A stretch of DNA of 57,082 bases from Octopus bimaculoides (Eukaryota): contig NC_068981.1 in the NCBI RefSeq assembly GCF_001194135.2, positions 136,731,397 to 136,788,478 on the forward strand, written 5' to 3'. Each line of letters starts with the position of its first letter. Position 1 is the stretch's first letter. The translations under genes and the position numbers were made by a program. The notes beneath the pieces are model-generated. The model saw only the letters and a program-made list of their open reading frames with translations. It did no database searches and was not told where the DNA came from. Positions 10,508-21,931 of this stretch are shown here, one piece after another.

Positions 10508-13429
10508 AAAGTTACTTGAACAGAATTTCGTGTTAACCGTTTTTCCTGGAGGCAAAACGAAATGGTATCAACAGCAGCCAGCTATGATCACACTACCAAT
10601 GAGCTGGTAATCCTTCGCAGCATCCATACAACAGCCATTCTGATAAGCTTAGCGCAATGTCTTAGGGAAAAACCAAGACAACCGTCAATTTGTAGGTATC
10701 AAAAGCATAGATCCTTTTGCGACAAACTTTTATGAACTGTATTTCCTTATGTCCAAATATGTATGTATTCTTTCTCTCCTATAGTAAAATTCTGAACTCC
10801 AAATAGAGAGCTGGAGCGTATGCAGCAAAATTCGAAACAGAGTCTACAAATTGCCAAGTTAAAATCACGTCATAGCAACAGTTTGTTCACGTGAGCGGCC
10901 GAATTATGGATCAACTAGTAGCCAGACGACACGTGATAAATCATTCTAGAAGGCTTTGGAACATTTCCTTATAACGAGTCATGTTCTGAGCGCCAACTTC
11001 GCAGGGTGTTGATGACGAACAGACGAAACGGCATCTCTACTCTTGCCAGGCAATTCGCGCAGAGACCGGTCGATTCCGTTCCTTTCTCACTTCTTACCTT
11101 AGTATGTGGCAACCCGCAGCTCAGTTCCACATACTTTCTTGCTGTTTTTAATAGTCATTATCACGGCTCGAGTTTTGCTACACAAGTTTAAGTACAGATT
11201 CATTATTTTATAAGTAGAAATGAGAAAATGATACATTTTACTGGTCATCTTTGTAATTTTAACTCCAAGAAATAAATCATTTTTACTCACGTAGTCTAAA
11301 CATAAGCAAAATGATAGTTTGTTTAATAATGATTTCAAATTTTAGCACAAGGCCAGCAATTTCAGGGCAGTAGGCTAGTTGATTACATACATCAACCCTA
11401 GTATTCAGCTGATACTTATTTTATCGACCTCGAAAGGATGAAAGGTGAAGTCGACTTCGGCGGAATTTGATTAAGAAGAATGGTTGATAATGGCTAGAAG
11501 GATTCACCTGAATAAAATGGGAATCAAGTGGTCCATGGGTAAAAAGTGGTTGAGTACCACTGATATTTACCAAAGTATAGGGCTGGCCAGAAAACTAAAC
11601 GTTAATCCTAAGTTTGGAGCTAAACAACGACGAAATATTAGAGTCTTTGAGGTCATGACCATCGACTGAGTCCAGTTAGCTTCTTAAAAATAAAAGGTAA
11701 ATGTGGTGAATCGTGGCACAATTTCCAAAAAATGGGAAATGCGTTAAAATATTATGGTTTACCTGAAATGCCGAAAGGAAAAAAAGTATTTGCTAATTGC
11801 GTCTTTTCGAAATTTCTGCTGGCTTTTATACATCATTACATCTGCTAATTAATATTTGTTTTTTAACGTTGCTTCTAATTAAATATTTCCAAGTTATATA
11901 AACGCTTTTTTTTTATTTCTCGCCTCATAATGCACGTGCTTTTTAGAATGAAAAATTGATTTTTTTTCTCTCTCAGAAGTAAAAAAAAAAGAAAGAAATA
12001 GTAAATAATATGTTCTTTTCCGTTTTGGTATTTCAAATAAGCTATTCCCCATTTTTAAAATTACGCCACTGCTCCCCACATTTACCACATCAAACATAAT
12101 ATTATATTCAGCCAATTTACATACAAGTGAAATAGCTGATCCAAGAAATATTTGAAACAAAAGACGTCCTCTAGATACTGAAATATGCGTGTATTTGTGT
12201 CTTTATTGCAGTAATTGCGAACGCTGGTCCTATATTTTTTTTTTATGTTTTTAATGTGCCATTTATATTTAATATTTTATAGCCATAAGGTCATGTTTAA
12301 GCGTTTATATGCTGGCAGTATTGACTGGTGCCATAAAAACATGTTAGCCAGTAGACGATCAAATATGTTCAATAGAAAACTTTAGCAAACAGACTAAAAT
12401 CGATGATGGCCAAATTTCATTCTCCAATAATCTTCAAGTATGTGAAGTCATGAAAGGGTTATGCAAATATTTTGATAGATGCATATACAGATAGTTAAAT
12501 AGAATGTGTGTGTGTGTGGTTAATATTATTCATCTTTATCTGGCGATCCAAAACGGAAAGCCACTTGAGTAAAACTTATAAGTGTTAATACTGAGTTGGA
12601 AGCGGTAAGAAAAAGAAAGAAAAAAGCCAAAAGAAAAAAATTGGCAGCTGTCCAGAAATACACGAATCAAGTAGGAATAATTGTGAATAATCAATCTTTA
12701 GTGCAATATCTAAGGGACTGGGACAACGGCAACGGCAACAAAAAGCAGAGGAGTTTTGTAAGAGAATGGATTAATGTAATACAATTTCGAGGGAAAGAAG
12801 GAAAGACGACTAAAAGCGAAGATTCAATTTGAACACTACAAGTCAAACTATACAGTCATGAAGATTTGAACAGAAATTAAATGTTTACTTGTCTTTCTTT
12901 CCTTTTTTTCTTTAGCAAGCGAGGTCAAAAACGAAATTTCTTTAGAAAATTTAATTAATATAAATCCAATATTATTTTAAGGCAAAACCAAATATCTTTT
13001 ATTCGTCTCTGTCGTTAGACTGCGACCATGCTGGGGCACCGCCTCGAAGACTTTTTAGCCGAATGAATCAACCCCACTACTTATTTTTATTTATTTAAAG
13101 CCTTGTACTTATCCCATCGCTCTTTTTTAGCGAATCGCTAAGCAACGTGAAATAAAGTGTCTTGCTAAAGGTCTCAACGCGCCGCCGGAAAACGAACTCA
13201 CAACCTTACGATCGTGAGCCGAATACCCCTAACTACTAAGCTAGACGTCTTCACTGGCATAGCTTTATATCGATCGGACAGTCACGGGTGAGACGCCTTC
13301 GATCATCGATATTTGCGATCAGATTAACCCTGCAAAGAATGTGTGTCAGTTTATGTTTAAAATGCTGTGAATTAGTTTCATTAAAAAGATCTTCTTACAA
13401 CAGCTAATGACTGTCATCCTTTATCTTTT

Positions 13430-13950
13430 CTTTTACTTGTTTCAGTCACTGGTCATGCTGGGGCACTGCCCTGAAGGGTTTCAGTCGAACAAATCGTACC
13501 CACTACTAATGCTCTTTTTCTTTATATATATATTTTGTCGAACTGCTAAATTATTGGGGACATAAACAAACCGATACCGGTTTCAGTCGAACAAATCACA
13601 CCCACTACTAATGGTCTTTTTCTTTTTATATCGGTCTTTGGACAAACTGCTAGATTATGGGGACGTAAACAAACCGACACTGGTTTCAATCGAACAAATC
13701 GCACCCAGTATTAATGGTCTCTTTTTCCATCGGTCTTTTGCCGAACTGTTGAGTTATGGGAACGTAAACTGATTGACACCGATTGTCAGTACAGACACAC
13801 ACACACACGACGGACATCCACAAAATTTCAGTCTATCAAATTCATTCAAAGATAATACTCGGCCCGGGGTTATAGTAGGTGCTGCGCAGTGAAACTGAAC
13901 CGAAACCATATGGTACGAAGTGAGTTTCTTAATCATGCAGCTATACCTGA
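13430..13950 (-). mobile_element. SINE family A with internal ~103-bp tandem triplication
   Basis: Three units start TTTCA(G/A)TCGAACAAATC at ~13478, 13581 and 13684. Confidence 0.75.
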
Positions 13951-14523
13951 TCAGTTTTACATTAATCAGTAACTGAGTTAAATGCTTCCGGGGTTAGATA
14001 AATGAGAACTTGTTACATTCATAACTTGTTGACATTTAAAGATAGTTTCTAAATTGATATTAAAATCTTGTCACAGATTTCATTGCTTATGTCCTGGTAG
14101 CATTCGTCATCAAGTCAATTAAGATTTGAGGAAAGTGGTAAAATTCCAAACCACTTACATTATTTTTTTTTTCCGTCCGTTTAACGTCAATCACCTGTCT
14201 CTACATTTACTGACAATTAATGCTAAAATAGGAATCGGTACGCTGTTCTTTGAAACACTATCGCAGCACTATGAGTAATCTGATGGTTCGTTCATAAGCT
14301 AAGAAGCCATTAACGTATCCTTTGCAAGCATTATCTGGTCTTTTAGTTTATGCGTGAAGTACAATAAAGGTAGATATACTTAATGTAACAGAAGAAAGAC
14401 AGAGAGAAAATGTCTAATTATTTCATTGTACTTATTCCATTCGTTACATTATATATGATAGCTGTAACGTGACTGTTATTTTCCGTGAGGATAGCAGTAT
14501 TAGATAATTTCGTTTATTTATTA

Positions 14524-14722
14524 CGAGGGGTGCTGAAAAGTTCCTGGCTCTGGGTAAAATAAAAAAAAACAGGAAGATCAGTTAATTATGGTTTTATTCA
14601 ACATATTCCCCTCTAAGAGTCACACACTGAGAGGGGAATATTGAGAAGAACTCGGAAGGTTGGGTCTCCAGCCATGCCTTTCGTGATACCCTTTAAACCA
14701 GGAACTTTTCAACACCGCATCG
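14524..14722. mobile_element. Mariner-type MITE (~200 bp)
   Basis: TA|CGAGGGGTGCTGAAAAGTTCCTGG ... CCAGGAACTTTTCAACACCGCATCG|TA. Confidence 0.85.
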
Positions 14723-15079
14723 TATATAAAGAACAAGCTTATCAACCATCTACAAATAATTGTTGTTCTTTCAGGCTAGCTCAATCTGGTTTGGAGCTTG
14801 TCAAATATTTATCTATGAAACGGTTATAGCCAATTAAAACATTTGGTCGATATTTCTTATCGAATACATCCTAGCTTAAAATGAAATGATATGTTCTTCA
14901 ATGATTTAAGAGTGAATCGGTTGTTATTCAAAAGGCATTATGAGGATTGTTGAAGGGGATTTGTCAGCGACATAAGGACTACAGTCTTGTTATTCGTATA
15001 ACGGACCATTATTGCAGAGTAGTTTTTAAGAACGACGTCTTCGTCATACATGATTGGAGAGACGATAGTCTTACACACA

Positions 15080-15295
15080 AAGGCAGTGAGCTGGCAGAAT
15101 CGTTAGCACGCTGGACGAAATGCTTAGCAGTATTTCGCCTGTCGTTACGTTCTAAGTTCAAATTCCGCCGAGGTCAATTTTGCCTTTCATCCTTTCGGGG
15201 TCGATAAATTAAGTACCAGTTACGTACTGGGTCGACGTAATCGACTAGCCCCCTCCCTCACAATTTCAGGCCTTGTGCCTATAGTAGAAATGATA
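15080..15295 (+). mobile_element. SINE family B (AAGGCGGCGAGCTGGCAGAATCGTTAG head)
   Basis: B-box-like GTTCAAATTCC and body GGTCAATTTTGCCTTTCATCCTTTCGGGGTCGATAAA. About 20 related copies or fragments in the window. Confidence 0.85.
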
Positions 15296-15586
15296 GTCTT
15301 GCACGCATACAAGTGCACGTGTGTGAGTGTGTGTATGTGAGCGAGAGAGGTGAGGTTTAAGTAACTAACATAGTGCTTTTTCCTCTCGTGAAACAGAGAA
15401 TGCCCGGAGTTTGCGATCGGACTTGGGCAATACTTCTTGAGTTTGAGGAATTGCCGATATGTTAAAAACACACCCCGCACCAGGTATGTTTGCTTCCTTA
15501 TAGCAAGAATCTCAATTAATTGCAGTTTGTCGAATTAAAATATCTCTATTAGAAATGTGTGATTCTATCACACCCACATATTTTGT

Positions 15587-15910
15587 CTCTTACTTGTTTC
15601 AGTCACTGGACTACGGCCATACTGGGGCACCGCATTGAAGAGTTTTGGTCGGACAATTCGGCGCCAGTACATATTTTCTTAAAGTCTAGTACTTATTCTA
15701 TCGATCTCTTTGTCGAACTGTTAAGTTATGGAAATATAAATAAATCAATACCGGTTATCAAGGAGTTACGAGGGACAAACACAAGTACGAATACACACAC
15801 ACACACACACACACCAAATTCCTTCATAAGGCACTGATCGGCCCGAGGCTATATCAGAAGACAATTGCCCTAGGTACTGTGCAGAGGGACTGAACCCGAA
15901 ACCATTGGTT
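15587..15910 (-). mobile_element. SINE family A, diverged
   Basis: Reverse complement of family A. Confidence 0.75.
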
Positions 15911-16154
15911 ATAAACAGAATTCCTAGGCACTTTCCCTTCAATCCTATTTATAGTATTCATAACCAACATCGGAGTTTTACCTCTATTGCTAAATATACT
16001 TAATCTTGTATGACGAAGACGTCATTACTTTCACCAATTGGCTTTAAAGAAAAGATTCTTAATTGAAGCAACTTTGTTTCTTAAAAATTTGATTTGCTGA
16101 TAATGTTAGAATAATATCCTTTGCTGGCAATGATGCATTAAAAAAAAATCAAAC

Positions 16155-16739
16155 CTTTTCTGTTTGGCTGCCACTTTTCGATTTCTTCAATAAACAGTTA
16201 ATAGCTTTTAAAGTTTGCAAATTTAGGGTAATTTTTAGACAATCGAAAGTCACGGACATATTGGTGCCTGTTTCCATAGCAACAAGCTAAACGTTGGAAA
16301 AGCGTTTCCGAAAAACCGCATGTGTTTACAAACTGATATTTTATTCATCTTTTTTTCCTTTTAAAACTACAAAATGTGTTGTTTACTCTTTTCTTCGCTT
16401 TAAATGCATATTGAATGCGTAAAACTACAAAATATATGTTGTCTACTTTTTTCTTGGCTATTTTTCGTTTATTAAATGCCTAAAAAAAACGTGCTATCGT
16501 GGCAATGTTGACATTATTGTTTTGTCGTCTTACGATTGCAGTCACGCACAATATAACATCTTCCGAATCCTGTTTTCTGACTGGGTAAAAATGATCAAAC
16601 TTTAAACTTCTGTAACTTCCTTCAAAAAAATTTCTGGAACAAGTGAATTAGGCCCTGAGATTCAGCATGGAAAATTACTTCAATACATCAAATTTGAAAA
16701 GTTTCACTTAATTTTAAAAAGTGCAGCCAAACAGAAAGG
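16155..16739. repeat. Inverted-repeat-bounded segment (~24-bp IRs), probable DNA transposon relic
   Basis: TTTTCTGTTTGGCTGCCACTTTT (~16155) vs AAAAGTGCAGCCAAACAGAAAG (~16717-16739); internal direct repeat AAAACTACAAAAT x2. Confidence 0.5.
16270..16283 (+). promoter_or_regulatory. RFX X-box consensus match GTTTCCATAGCAAC
   Basis: Matches the established RFX X-box consensus. Function not shown, and it lies inside a probable transposon relic. Confidence 0.3.
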
Positions 16740-17637
16740 GATAAAAGAAAAAAATCTTCAAAGTCACCTGGCAAGGTAGAACAAGAAATGAGGAAATTCT
16801 TCAGCAAAGCTAATCTTAATCACCACAAACACAATGCCACTGCATAAGTTTATCCTTGACAAGCCATATTTTGTGCTCTGCCAGCCTTTCGGCATGCAAA
16901 CGGCTGCAATAATCATGGACATGAGAAAGAGTAAAACAAAACAAAAACCTTTTCGGTTTGACAGGTTTCTTTTGGTTTTATTGAAAATTTATTCAATGAT
17001 GTGTGTTTTTTCACGTTATTTGCGAAACTCATAACTATTTNNNNNNNNNNNNNNNNNNNNNNNNNNNNNNNNNNNNNNNNNNNNNNNNNNNNNNNNNNNN
17101 NNNNNNNNNNNNNNNNNNNNNNNNNNNNNNNNNNNNNNNNNNNNNNNNNNNNNNNNNNNNNNNNNNNNNNNNNNNNNNNNNNNNNNNNNNNNNNNNNNNN
17201 NNNNNNNNNNNNNNNNNNNNNNNNNNNNNNNNNNNNNNNNNNNNNNNNNNNNNNNNNNNNNNNNNNNNNNNNNNNNNNNNNNNNNNNNNNNNNNNNNNNN
17301 NNNNNNNNNNNNNNNNNNNNNNNNNNNNNNNNNNNNNNNNNNNNNNNNNNNNNNNNNNNNNNNNNNNNNNNNNNNNNNNNNNNNNNNNNNNNNNNNNNNN
17401 NNNNNNNNNNNNNNNNNNNNNNNNNNNNNNNNNNNNNNNNNNNNNNNNNNNNNNNNNNNNNNNNNNNNNNNNNNNNNNNNNNNNNNNNNNNNNNNNNNNN
17501 NNNNNNNNNNNNNNNNNNNNNNNNNNNNNNNNNNNNNNNNNNNNNNNNNNNNNNNNNNNNNNNNNNNNNNNNNNNNNNNNNNNNNNNNNNNNNNNNNNNN
17601 NNNNNNNNNNNNNNNNNNNNNNNNNNNNNNNNNNNNN

Positions 17638-17815
17638 TAGCTTCAGCTGAGAGCTGTGGCCATGCTGATGCACCACCGTTAATCTTACAGCAGGATTCAC
17701 CACCATCACCTTGTGGAACTTTAGGTGTTTTTGCTCAATAAACACTCACAATGCCCGGTCTGGGAATCGAAACCGCGAGTCCGCTACCCTAACCATTGGG
17801 CCATTGCGCCTCCAC
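17638..17815 (-). mobile_element. SINE family C head joined to an A-like CCAGCATGGCCACAG tail
   Basis: Minus strand TGGAGGCGCAATGGCCCAATGGTTAGG...GAATCCTGCTGTA then GGTGCATCAGCATGGCCACAGCTCTCAGCTGAAG; abuts a gap. Confidence 0.7.
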
Positions 17816-17914
17816 TTGATAAAAATAAGTATTGGTTGAACACTGGGGTCGATATAATCGACTAGCTTCCTCCCCAAAAATTTCTGGCCTTGTATCTGTA
17901 GTACAAAATTACAA

Positions 17915-18350
17915 AGGCAGCGAACTGATTCATTAACCCGTCGGACAAAATGGTTAGCGGCATTTATTCCAGCTCTTTAGTTCTGAGTTCAAATCTCGCC
18001 GAAGTCAATTTTGCCTTTCATTTATTCGATATCAATAAAATAATGTATCAGTCAATATTGGAACGGATCTAATCAACAACCCCTTCTTGTAAAATTGCTG
18101 GCCTTGAGCCCAAATAAGAAATATTATCATTATTATTGTCGTGCGAGCTGGCAGAATCGTTAGAACGCCAGGTAAAATGCTTAACGGTATTTCGCCCGTC
18201 GCTACGTTCTAAGTTCAAATTCCACCGAGGTTGATTTTGCCTTTCATCTTTTCGGGGTCGATTAAGTAAGTACCAGTTACGCACAGGGGTCGACATAATC
18301 GACTTAACCCCTCTCCCCCAAGCTGCCCTTGTGACAAAAATTTGAAATCA
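17915..18350 (+). mobile_element. Two tandem SINE family B copies
   Basis: Heads at ~17915 and ~18141, each with GAGTTCAAAT/AAGTTCAAATTCC and the B body. Confidence 0.8.
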
Positions 18351-19145
18351 CTATTATTGATATTATTGATAAATTAAACAAGGCGGCGAGTTGGCACACC
18401 TTGTGCCAAAATTAGAAAGAATTATTATTATCGTTGATAAAAACGTAACAAAATCTTTAAAGATGAAAAATATTTAACGAAAGAATAAGTAACAAAACAA
18501 CAACGTCTGCAACGAAATTTTGCGATGCACTACAATCCCTAACACAAAGTAGGTTTCAATTGATTGCTATAGGACCATATACAAATAAAATCATCTGCCC
18601 CATGAGGTATTGAAAATGAATGAATCTGTTTAGCGTCATAAATGGTAAGACAAAATTCAGTCTTTACAGGTTAGTGACATTTTTATTATTAATTTCTCCA
18701 GAAAAAAAAAATCGCCTGTTGTAGTTTTTCCTGCTTGAAATGAAATATTAGATCTGTGTAAAAATTTGCAATAAAATCGGAAGAAATGCGTCGAAGCCAA
18801 AAAATCCAGCAGATCTTAAATGTACGTAGAAGTTTGACAAGAGCGGAAAGAACTGCACCAGATCGATCAAGCTGTAGGAAGCATGAAGCCTTATACGTCT
18901 CACAACGGTAGAGGATCTAAGCCTACGCCTCTGTGCGCATGCGTGTGTGTGTGTGTAAATATATCATTTTGCTGCAATATTTTTACATATTCTCTTCTAG
19001 TTGCATTTTGATATACTTCATCAATGTCTACTGCCTCCTCAGTATATTTACTCAATGCATGTTTTATTTATTTTCATGCTGAGTTACATATGGCTGGGTT
19101 ACATACGGTATGTTGATTGTTATAGGTTGTGTCATAATGTGTTAA

Positions 19146-19487
19146 GACACGTAGCCAAGTGGTTAAGGCTATTCGTCTCACGATCTTAAGCTCGCGAGTT
19201 CGATACCCGACAGTGCATTATGTCCTTGAGCAAGGCGCTTTATTTCACGTTGCTCGACTTCACCCAGCTGACAAAAATGAGTTGTGCCTGTNNNNNNNNN
19301 NTCGACTTCACCCAGCTGACAAAAATGAGTTGTGCCTGTATTTCAAAGGGCCAGCCTTGTCACACTCTGTGTCATGTTGAATCTCTCTGAGAACTACGTT
19401 AAGGCTACATGAGTCTGCAGTGCTCAGCCATTTTGCACGTTAATCTCACGATCGGATCAACTGGAACCCTCGTCGTTGTAACCGACA
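19146..19487 (+). mobile_element. SINE family D head joined to tail X
   Basis: GTAGCCAAGTGGTTAAGG...GAGTTCGATACC...GTCCTTGAGCAAGG...CAGCTGACAAAAATGAGT then CCTGTATTTCAAAGGGCCAGCCTTGTCACAC (the same tail as family C at 3119). Confidence 0.85.
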
Positions 19488-19551
19488 TGGGAAGATAGTG
19501 ATTAAAAATTTTTTTTTTTTAATGAATTTGATGTAGGTTGTCGCCCGAAAG

Positions 19552-19770
19552 GGATCTTTTTGGTTTGACGGGCAACATTTAACACATGCGTACACACACA
19601 CACACACATATACATATACTTATATGTAAATTTATACACACACACATATACATACATACACACACACATATATATAAATATATATGCAACGAAGTTTGAA
19701 AGTGTTTCGATACCAAAAACACTACATAAAACATAAATGAAAATTGTTGCCCGTCAAACCAAAAAGATCC
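19552..19770. mobile_element. Merlin-like MITE (GG...CC termini, 26-bp TIR, 8-bp TSD)
   Basis: CCCGAAAG|GGATCTTTTTGGTTTGACGGGCAACA ... TGTTGCCCGTCAAACCAAAAAGATCC|CCCGAAAG: perfect TIR and perfect TSD (19544-51, 19771-78). The superfamily is inferred from the termini. Confidence 0.8.
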
Positions 19771-20177
19771 CCCGAAAGCCTAACAACAATACTAAAATGC
19801 ACATACCTTTTGTTCTAGGTATATATGAGGCATCTGCATTTTGAACTCCGAAAAAGAAAAGTATCAAAATGAAAAACGAGTTGGCTGATTATATTGCGCA
19901 TGCAAAAAGATGTATTCTTAAAAAAAAAATTTCGAGGAAATGGAGTCTCGGACGAGGAGCGCTAAATTGTAATTATGCTATAAAAATTAATTAAAATGGA
20001 TGGCCATGAGTGCAACGGTTTCTTAAAAATACGGCCATTTAGAACATTATGAAACAGCGGCTAAACCCCCGATTTAAACAGGAAATTAAAAATATATATA
20101 ATTGCCTTTCATTAACATAATCGTAATCCTAAAAGGGACTTTTCAGTTAGACCCATTTTATTGAAAATTTCTTAACC

Positions 20178-20356
20178 GCAGCGTGGCTGTGTGGTAAGAA
20201 GCTTGCTTCCCTACCACATGATTCTGGGTTCAGTCAGACTGCATGGCGCTTTGGGCAAGCATCTTCCACTAAAGCCTCGGGCCGACCAAAGCCTTGCGAG
20301 TGGGTTTGGTAGACGGAAACTGAAAGAAGTCAGTCGTGTGCGTGTGTGTGTGTGTT

Positions 20357-20391
<35 letters not shown>

Positions 20392-20690
20392 TCAGATTGG
20401 AGCCTGGTGCAGTCTACTGGCTTGCCAGTCCTCAGTCAGACCGCCCAACCCATGCCAGCATGGAAAACGGACGTTAAACGATGATGATATATGTGTGTGT
20501 GTGTGTCCCACCATCGCTTGACAACCGATGTTGGTGTATTTACGTCCCCGTAACTTAACGGTTCGGCAAAAGAAACCGATAGAATAAATACTAGGCTTAC
20601 AAGGAATAAGTCCTGGGGCCGATTTGTTCTACTAAAGGCGGTGCTCCAGCATGGCTGCAGTCAACTGAAACAAGTAAAAGACTAAAAGAA
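20178..20690 (+). mobile_element. SINE family A, full length, with nested insertion
   Basis: Head and tail intact; a foreign ~100-bp segment sits in the central microsatellite. Confidence 0.85.
20388..20488 (+). mobile_element. 3' tail of another retroelement (RTE-like) nested in SINE A
   Basis: ...CCAACCCATGCCAGCATGGAAAACGGACGTTAAACGATGATGAT ends in a (GAT)n tail typical of a 5'-truncated non-LTR insertion. Confidence 0.6.
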
Positions 20691-20875
20691 TTAGGCATAG
20701 GCGTGGCTGTGTAGTAAGAAGTTTGCTTCCCAATCACATGGTTCCGGGTTCAGATTGTGGTTTTCGGAACTAACGTGAAAAATTACATCTGTGCAGAAAC
20801 CTTTAAATAAAATAGGAACAAGAGAGTCAAACCTAAACCCTGAACTTTTAACTCGCCAGATTTTTGGTTTCTTAT

Positions 20876-21024
20876 CAGTAGTGTAGCTAGGGGGCGGCGA
20901 AGGAGTGGTCCGCCCCGGGCGATGTTTTTATTGGGGCGCAGCACTTTTGGATCTGCTGTACAAGACTGTTAGGGCTGGGGGACTCAAGAGCTACCCCGTG
21001 CGGTACACACTTGCTGCATTACTG
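20876..21024. mobile_element. hAT-like MITE (149 bp), same family as 37833-37982
   Basis: CAGTAGTGTAGC ... GCTGCATTACTG (10/12 TIR) and shared internal CCGCCCCGGGCG...GCACTTTTG...CTGCTGTA. TSD decayed. Confidence 0.65.
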
Positions 21025-21882
21025 TTGCTCGAAGCATTTTGATAAGGACAAGTTTTGCATGCGCAAAGGATTAAGCTAGCGGAATATTTTTCATGTTGAA
21101 AATTTTCTGTTTTGGAGTTTAAACACTAAGATCTCCGAATTTTTAGTATCTTGCTTTTGTTTGTATTGTACATTTCGACGTTCTCTTTGATTTCTGCAGA
21201 GGTATCGTTGGCACAAAGAATAAAATTAAATATAAACTAGACGATTATAAGTTGTAATGCAATGTCATTGTTCTTGTGTTTCCTGATGGCTTGGACGGGG
21301 CAAATAAAATTAAGTAAACAAAGTGTTGTTAAATGAACTGCAAACTCAAAAATAAATCCTGTTTAGTGATTTACCTCGTCAGCCTATGGCAACGAAAATA
21401 TCACTGAATATTGTTTAATTCTTGCAAAAATGAAGGCAAAACAAGGGCGCTGAGTGTTAAATGTAGTGTTGATGCGGATGAAAAAGAAAAAAAAAGTGCA
21501 AGAGAGATTAAAGGAAGACGTGACATTTTGAACAAATAAGAAGAATAAGAAATTCAAATATTTGTTTTAAACGCTTGCTTGCTATTTGTCGTTTTATAGT
21601 TGAAGTAGTAAGCAGTACACAACAGCAGACATAGAAATTTTTTTTTAAGATTCTTCTACAACGAAAAATTGAAAGAAAGATAGGAACAAGGCAAAGAATG
21701 AAACAGGAGTAGCATCAATTAGTGTGGATGGCAATGGAGGGCAAGAATTACAGTGAAAGTGAAGGGGTCGACAAATTTTTAGGCTTTTGAAAATTATTTT
21801 CGGCTCTTTTTCACAAGGAATAACAACATCCCCCACCTACCAAACTACTCCCTCCCTCCCTCTCGCTCTTTGCTTTCTTTAC

Positions 21883-21931
21883 CGTCAGTCATCGTTATTT
21901 GGCAGATTGACTCCTGTCGCACCATAAACAT
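21883..21931 (-). CDS. Candidate alternative first coding exon (MFMVRQESICQITMTD, phase-1 donor)
   Basis: 16 open codons plus G|GTAAAG in unique non-repeat sequence. In frame with exon 188-301. Confidence 0.4.

Noticed and set aside
19254-19339. 38-bp direct repeat in SINE D
   Set aside because: Identical sequence on both sides of a 10-N gap: assembly overlap artefact.
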